64,000 nt of DNA, taken from positions 6,985-70,984 of the forward strand of contig CATWSG010000005.1 of assembly GCA_958353395.1 (NCBI GenBank), read 5' to 3'. Within the stretch, counting starts at the first letter, position 1. Each line of letters begins with the position of its first letter. Position numbers and translations under genes: made by a program. Below, piece by piece: positions 58,746 to 64,000 of this stretch. A model generated the notes under the pieces. It was not told the origin of the DNA and did not search any database. It worked only from the letters and a program-made list of their open reading frames with translations. The stretch comes from an uncultured Collinsella sp. GTDB lineage: Bacteria > Actinomycetota > Coriobacteriia > Coriobacteriales > Coriobacteriaceae.

Positions 58746-60011
58746 CTAGGCGGTCGGTGCGTTCCTAAACGTGTAGTTGCCTGGAGAGCGCACATTGATA
58801 TAGGTTACGCCCTCTACTTGCGAAAGCAGCTTGGTCACGATGCGTTCTTTCTTGGCGATATCGTCCGAATCGCCCAGCGACACCTCGACGCCGTTGTCGA
58901 GATTTGCCGAGATAGCCTCAACGGAAGGCGTGGAAATATCCTTCACCTGGTCCAAGAACTCGCTCGAGAAACCGCGTGCGTAATCCAGGCCGGCCTTGAC
59001 GGCCTTGGAGCTCACCGCCCGACCCGAAACCGGTGCGACATCGGCCGAGACGTCAGTCAACAGCACGGCTCCGTAGTGCTTGGCAAGCGCCAGGGCCGCA
59101 TCGATGCCGGTCAGGGTTTTGGCACCCTCCCCCGATGTAATGACGTTCCCCTGGTCGTCCACCTCGACAGACGTCGACAGCGGAGCAATCCAGGTGTCAT
59201 CGTCTCCGATAGCCCAGGCAAGGTCGTCGGAGCTGATATACGCAATGGCGATAACCTTACGCTCCGTCGGCGTGATGATAAGCGTATGGGGAAACTGGCG
59301 CTGGACATCCACGCCCGAGACCCACGGGTTTTGCTTGAGGCCCTCGGTGATCTGATCGGGATCCACGTTAAAGAGCGACGTGTTCTCGGGAAGACTGATG
59401 AGCTGCATGGCGTCGTGCTTGGTCACATGCTCGCTGCCATGAATCTGAATATCGGTGGCGGCGAACAGGCCAGAGTTGATGACGACGATGGCAATAATGG
59501 CAAGTACGGCCACGGCTGCCAGGATGCCGCCCGCGATTTTGCCCTTACCTTTAATGGCAGAAGCGACGTTGGTCGTCTTGCTTGCCATGGCACCAAGCGA
59601 TGACAGAGGATTGATGCCCTTTTTTGCCGAAGACGCCTTGGCAGCGGGCACTGATGTCAGAGAACGCGGCTTAGCGCCAGCCAACGTACGGCCGGCATGC
59701 GGCGCACGAGCTCCCAGCGAAGGCTTGGGCGTCGCCATGGGTCGGGAGGTCTTGGCGCCCATCGCCGGCTTGGGCGTCACCGAAGGACGCGGAGCCGGAC
59801 GACTCGTCTTTTTAGAAGCGGGGCGTCCTCCCAGCTGCGAGCCGACGACCGGGCGCTTGGCAGGACGAACGGGCCCAACAGACTTGGAGGGCATGGCGGG
59901 CTTATGTTGAGGCTGGGCAGGTGCGCCGGAACGCCCTCCGGCGCGGCGGAAGGTTGGTTTCGATGCTCTAGAAGCCGAGGAATTTAATTTCCGGTCTGAG
60001 CTCGATGCCAT
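58746..60011 (-). CDS. ftsQ: Cell division protein FtsQ/DivIB with long basic Pro-rich N-terminus
   Basis: Single transmembrane segment, POTRA-like NPWVSGVDVQRQFPHTLII..TER, YINVR; position between murB and ftsZ. Confidence 0.85.
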   Translation of the reverse strand: MASSSDRKLNSSASRASKPTFRRAGGRSGAPAQPQHKPAMPSKSVGPVRPAKRPVVGSQLGGRPASKKTSRPAPRPSVTPKPAMGAKTSRPMATPKPSLGARAPHAGRTLAGAKPRSLTSVPAAKASSAKKGINPLSSLGAMASKTTNVASAIKGKGKIAGGILAAVAVLAIIAIVVINSGLFAATDIQIHGSEHVTKHDAMQLISLPENTSLFNVDPDQITEGLKQNPWVSGVDVQRQFPHTLIITPTERKVIAIAYISSDDLAWAIGDDDTWIAPLSTSVEVDDQGNVITSGEGAKTLTGIDAALALAKHYGAVLLTDVSADVAPVSGRAVSSKAVKAGLDYARGFSSEFLDQVKDISTPSVEAISANLDNGVEVSLGDSDDIAKKERIVTKLLSQVEGVTYINVRSPGNYTFRNAPTA

Positions 60012-60879
60012 ACGCCTCCCTCACCTTTCCGTGCACATGCCTGATAACCGCGGCCACGTCATCGGCCGAGGCGGTTCCGTTATTAACGATAAAATTAGCG
60101 TGTACGGGCGAAACTTCCGCACCGCCAACCGAAAAACCCTTTAATCCACAATCCTCAATCAACTTGCCCACGCTTGCGTCGGGCGGGTTGCGAAAGACCG
60201 ATCCGCAGGATGCACGGCCCATGGGCTGCGTGCGCTTGCGGCGCGTCAGGTACCGCTCCATACGCTCGCGAATGTCTGCCTTGGGCGCGGGCTTGAGTTT
60301 AAGCACGCACTCGAGAATGATCTCGTTACGCGGCAAGCTGCACTCGCGATACCCCCAAGCGATCTCGGACCCTGCATAGTGCTTAATACCGGACGCCGGA
60401 TCAAACGTGACCACGTCCTCGATAAGGGAGCCGATCCACTCGGTCCGCGTACCTGCGTTCATGGACACGGCGCCACCGACCGAACCGGGAATACCGACCG
60501 CGAACTCAAGGCCCGAAAGCCCGCGCGACAAAGCGTCGTTGACCAAACGCGCGAACATCACGCCCGCACCAACGGTCAGCGTGCAGCCGTCCTCGGCAAC
60601 AACCGTGCGCTGAAACTCACGCCCCAGCGAAATAACGGCGCCGCGATAACCGGCATCGGCAACCAACAGGTTGGACCCCTTGCCGATAATCACCCACGGC
60701 ACCTGCTCGCGGTCAAGCACCGCCACGGCGCGACGCAGGGCATGGTAGCTATGGCACGTCACAAAGAGGTCGGCCTTGCCGCCGATACGATAGCTTGTAT
60801 GGCGTGCAAGACGTTCGTCCTCGACCACGTCCGTGTCGATCATGCCCGAAAGCGCCATGACGGCGTTAAACAGACCCAT
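59968..60879 (-). CDS. murB: UDP-N-acetylenolpyruvoylglucosamine reductase
   Basis: HTSYRIGG, GKGSNLL, GIPGSVGGA..MNAG, GSVFRNP, HANF. Confidence 0.95.
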   Translation of the reverse strand: MGLFNAVMALSGMIDTDVVEDERLARHTSYRIGGKADLFVTCHSYHALRRAVAVLDREQVPWVIIGKGSNLLVADAGYRGAVISLGREFQRTVVAEDGCTLTVGAGVMFARLVNDALSRGLSGLEFAVGIPGSVGGAVSMNAGTRTEWIGSLIEDVVTFDPASGIKHYAGSEIAWGYRECSLPRNEIILECVLKLKPAPKADIRERMERYLTRRKRTQPMGRASCGSVFRNPPDASVGKLIEDCGLKGFSVGGAEVSPVHANFIVNNGTASADDVAAVIRHVHGKVREAYGIELRPEIKFLGF

Positions 60880-60884
60880 GGGGT

Positions 60885-62303
60885 TTAAGCGTCTTTCTTG
60901 GCAGTCAGATACTCGATGAACTCGGGGCCGACGGTCGTAACGTCACCGGCACCCATGGTGAGCAGCAGGTCGCCCTCGCCCACGAGCTTCTCAAGCTCTT
61001 GGTTGAGCTCAAGACGACTGGAGCAGTACACGACCTCCTTGCCGGGGTGCTTAGCGCGAACGGTATCTGCGAGCATCTTGGAGGTAACGCCCGGAATCGG
61101 CATCTCGCCGGCGGAGAATACATCGATCAGCAGCAGCTTGTCGGCGTTGGCAAAGGCATCGGCAAAGTCATCGCACAGAGCCTGCAGGCGCGAATAGCGG
61201 TGCGGTTGGAACACGACGTCGACATGTTTGTAGCCCAGCGAAGAGGCAGCAGCGAGCGTCGCCTTGATCTCGGTGGGATGATGGCCGTAATCGTCAACCA
61301 CCGTGATGCCGTCGATATCGCCCACGTGGGTAAAGCGACGGCGGACGCCCTCAAAACTCGAAAGTGCCTTAGCGGCGGCATCGATATCGAGGCCTAGGAC
61401 ATGGGCGACGGTCAAGACGGCCGTGGCGTTGAGCATGTTGTGACGACCGGGGTTGCTCTTAATCTCGACAGCGTGCTCGGTGCCGTCCTCAAAGCGAACG
61501 ATAAAGTCGCTCTGGATGCCCTTGACATCCGGATGTACGCAGACGATGTCGTTGTTCTCGGCAAAGCCATAGGAAAGCACATGACGGCCCGTCGACTTGG
61601 CGAGCTCGACCAGATGCGGATCCTCGCCGCAAACGATGACGGTGCCGTCCTCGCCCACCAGCCCCATAAACTTAGCAAAGGTGGCCTCGATCTCCTCGAT
61701 GCCCGAGTAGTGATCGAGATGGTCGGCCTCGACGTTGGTCACGATGACCACGTTGGGGTTCAGGAACAGGAACGAGCTGTCGGACTCATCGGCCTCGGCG
61801 ACAAAGTAGTCACCCGAGCCGTTCTTGCCGTTGGTGTCGTAGCCCTCGACGATGCCGCCGATCAAAAAGCTGGGGTCCAGACCCATGCGGTCGAGCATCG
61901 TGGCGCACATCGAAGAGGTCGTGGTCTTGCCGTGAGTACCGGCGACGGCGACGGTGGTGTAGCCATGGCCCAGAGCCGAGAGCATCTTGGCACGGGGCCA
62001 CACGGGAATACCGAGCTCGCGGGCACGCACGAGCTCGGGGTTGGACTCAGGAATAGCGGTGGAGACCACAACCACGTCGGGCTTGACCTCGTCAATCGTC
62101 GCAGCCTCGTGGCCCACATGGACCTTCACACCGGCGCGGGTAAGCTGGCGAATATAGCGCGACGTCTTAAGGTCGGAACCGGTAACGGTATAATCGCGCT
62201 CGTGCAGGACGAGGGCGATGCCGCTCATGCCGGCGCCGCCGATACCGATAAAGTGGGCGCTCTTGAACTCGGGCGCGGAGGTTGCAGTCTGGGAATCAGC
62301 CAT
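60885..62303 (-). CDS. murC: UDP-N-acetylmuramate-L-alanine ligase
   Basis: HFIGIGGAGMSG, GTHGKTTT, EADESD, DDYGHHPTE, FQPHRYSR. Confidence 0.96.
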   Translation of the reverse strand: MADSQTATSAPEFKSAHFIGIGGAGMSGIALVLHERDYTVTGSDLKTSRYIRQLTRAGVKVHVGHEAATIDEVKPDVVVVSTAIPESNPELVRARELGIPVWPRAKMLSALGHGYTTVAVAGTHGKTTTSSMCATMLDRMGLDPSFLIGGIVEGYDTNGKNGSGDYFVAEADESDSSFLFLNPNVVIVTNVEADHLDHYSGIEEIEATFAKFMGLVGEDGTVIVCGEDPHLVELAKSTGRHVLSYGFAENNDIVCVHPDVKGIQSDFIVRFEDGTEHAVEIKSNPGRHNMLNATAVLTVAHVLGLDIDAAAKALSSFEGVRRRFTHVGDIDGITVVDDYGHHPTEIKATLAAASSLGYKHVDVVFQPHRYSRLQALCDDFADAFANADKLLLIDVFSAGEMPIPGVTSKMLADTVRAKHPGKEVVYCSSRLELNQELEKLVGEGDLLLTMGAGDVTTVGPEFIEYLTAKKDA

Positions 62304-62400
62304 GTGCTCGTGTACTCCTTGCGTAAACACTGCCTGTAACCCGTTAACTGTACCGCACCTACCGCATCCGCGCGAGGGCGACCGGCGATATCCCGTCTAA

Positions 62401-63516
62401 CTAACGCAATCCCTCTACCGCGTCGGCCAAAAGTGCGGCGGCACGGTCCTGGGCCAAGCCGCGCGCCGCCTGACGCATGGCATCACGTACCGCAGCGTCA
62501 TCGATCAGGTGCAGCAGCTCGTCGGCAAAGGCAGGGGCATCGATATCGGCATCGGCGCAAAGCACGCCGGCACCGGCATCGACCAGGTAACGGGCATTCG
62601 TGGTCTGGTGGTCGGCCGTCGCGTGCGGATACGGCACGAGCACCGAGGGCACGGCAAGCGCGGCGATCTCGGCCACGCTCGAGGCACCGGAACGCGAGAG
62701 CACCAGATCGGCCGCAGCCAGCATATCGCCCATGTTGTCGATGTAGGGCTGGACACGATAGCGCTTCGCCTCCTCGGGCGTCAGCGCCAAAGCGCGCTCG
62801 GTCTCCTCAAAGCCGTCGGCACCCGTCGAATGCAAAACATAGAGATTCTCACGCGAGAGCAGCTCGTTTTTGAGCGAAGCCACGCGCTCATTAAGATGCT
62901 GGGCACCGAGCGAACCACCAAAGACGAGCAGAAGTGTCGCGTCCTCGGGCACACCGAGCGTCTTGCGACCGCGAGCGCGATCGCCCTCGATTACCGAACG
63001 ACGCACGGGATTGCCCGTCATGAGCACATGGTCGGGGTCGCCCTCGAGCTCAAAGACCGCACGGGCCGCAGGTACCGAAATGCACACGCGGGCGGCATGT
63101 GAGTTCATCATCTTATTGGCCAGACCCGGAACAGAGTTCTGCTCGTGCAGCAGATACGGAACGCCGGCGCCCTTGCACCAACCCAGCAGCGGGACCTCAA
63201 CGTAAGCGCCAAAGCCGATAGCGGCATCGGGCTTACCGACCTTCGAGAAGTGACGGGCAAGCGCGCGCTTCGCCTTGTTGACGCGACACAGCGAGGTCAG
63301 CGCCGTCCAGGGACGGGAGCGATCGAAGCCCGTGACCGTGATGGGCACAAAATCGAATCCTGCCTCGGGAACCAGACGGCCCTCGAGCTTGCGCGATTGG
63401 CCCACGAACACAACGTGATGACCGCGGTCACGCAGCTCCTCGGCCAAGGCGAGCGCGGGGTTGATATGTCCTGCTGTGCCGCCGGCTGCAATAGCAACGG
63501 TCATCTTATCGGTCAT
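62401..63516 (-). CDS. murG: Undecaprenyl-PP-MurNAc-pentapeptide GlcNAc transferase
   Basis: GGTAGHINP, HEQNSVPGLAN, TGNPVR, GGSLGA, RSGAS, DHQTTNA. Confidence 0.96.
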   Translation of the reverse strand: MTDKMTVAIAAGGTAGHINPALALAEELRDRGHHVVFVGQSRKLEGRLVPEAGFDFVPITVTGFDRSRPWTALTSLCRVNKAKRALARHFSKVGKPDAAIGFGAYVEVPLLGWCKGAGVPYLLHEQNSVPGLANKMMNSHAARVCISVPAARAVFELEGDPDHVLMTGNPVRRSVIEGDRARGRKTLGVPEDATLLLVFGGSLGAQHLNERVASLKNELLSRENLYVLHSTGADGFEETERALALTPEEAKRYRVQPYIDNMGDMLAAADLVLSRSGASSVAEIAALAVPSVLVPYPHATADHQTTNARYLVDAGAGVLCADADIDAPAFADELLHLIDDAAVRDAMRQAARGLAQDRAAALLADAVEGLR

Positions 63517-64000
63517 GGTAATCCCTTCGTACACGCGGCCCCTGGTCATCGGTGCGCAAACGCGCCGACGGGTCCGAATTCAAATCGATTCGATTATATC
63601 CGCCGCCCGCATTGCGAGGAGTGGGGCGCTGCGGACGACCTTGCGGCGCCGTTCGCTGACGCGGACGGGCTGCCGGCTCGGTCGCAGAGCCATCCAGGAC
63701 AGTAAAGCCGTTACGCGAAGATCGCTCGCCGCGCACGTGGGGCACGCCGGCGGTACTCTCATCCATAACGGCAAAGCTCTCGCGGCGACGGTCGTATTCA
63801 TCGCGACGGGCGCTCTCATACGAAACGCGCAGGATCAGACCGGCGAGCATAAGCGACACAATAATCGACGAGCCGCCGTAGCTAATAAACGGCAGCGGCT
63901 TGCCCGTCATGGGAAACACATTGAGAATGCCCAGCGCGTTGATCAAAAACTGCACCGCAAGGATGACCGCGGAACCCGATGCCATAAGTGCTCCGCGACG
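63506..64000 (-). CDS. ftsW: FtsW/RodA SEDS protein, C-terminal part (5' end outside the window)
   Basis: PMTGKPLPFISYGGSS motif; directly upstream of murG. Confidence 0.88.
   Translation of the reverse strand, partial: RRGALMASGSAVILAVQFLINALGILNVFPMTGKPLPFISYGGSSIIVSLMLAGLILRVSYESARRDEYDRRRESFAVMDESTAGVPHVRGERSSRNGFTVLDGSATEPAARPRQRTAPQGRPQRPTPRNAGGGYNRIDLNSDPSARLRTDDQGPRVRRDYHDR

Overview
High-GC (roughly 60% by eye) bacterial chromosome segment. Gene content and style suggest an anaerobic gut Actinobacterium of class Coriobacteriia, Collinsella-like (inference). Left end: a minus-strand operon with two 2-hydroxyacyl-CoA dehydratase-like/double-cubane Fe-S proteins, one ATP-dependent activase, an Opp/Dpp/Nik-type ABC importer and a GT4 glycosyltransferase. 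Next come modABC (ModB with an unusual N-terminal exported domain) and mogA/moeA. Middle: housekeeping and metabolic genes (CLC-F, arfB-like, xpt, metY, rnpB, rpsA, rpiB, ndk, argH, argG, polA, M18 peptidase, TPP riboswitch-thiC, thiD, PARG-like macrodomain, pit). Right end: the dcw cluster (ftsW-murG-murC-murB-ftsQ-ftsZ-pgeF-yggS-sepF-yggT-divIVA) with pstSCAB-phoU inserted inside it. Most notable items absent from the ORF track: an Arg-rich 24-aa leader peptide ending CGA-CGA-CGA-TAA upstream of argG (candidate arginine attenuator), a 22-aa uORF ahead of the double-cubane operon, a family of ~100-bp structured palindromes whose core is inverted between copies, G/T strand-skew zones near palindromes, an apparent ATC start for yggT, and a PARG-like protein with QEA in place of the catalytic QEE. 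No CRISPR array, tRNA, rRNA or transposase was seen.
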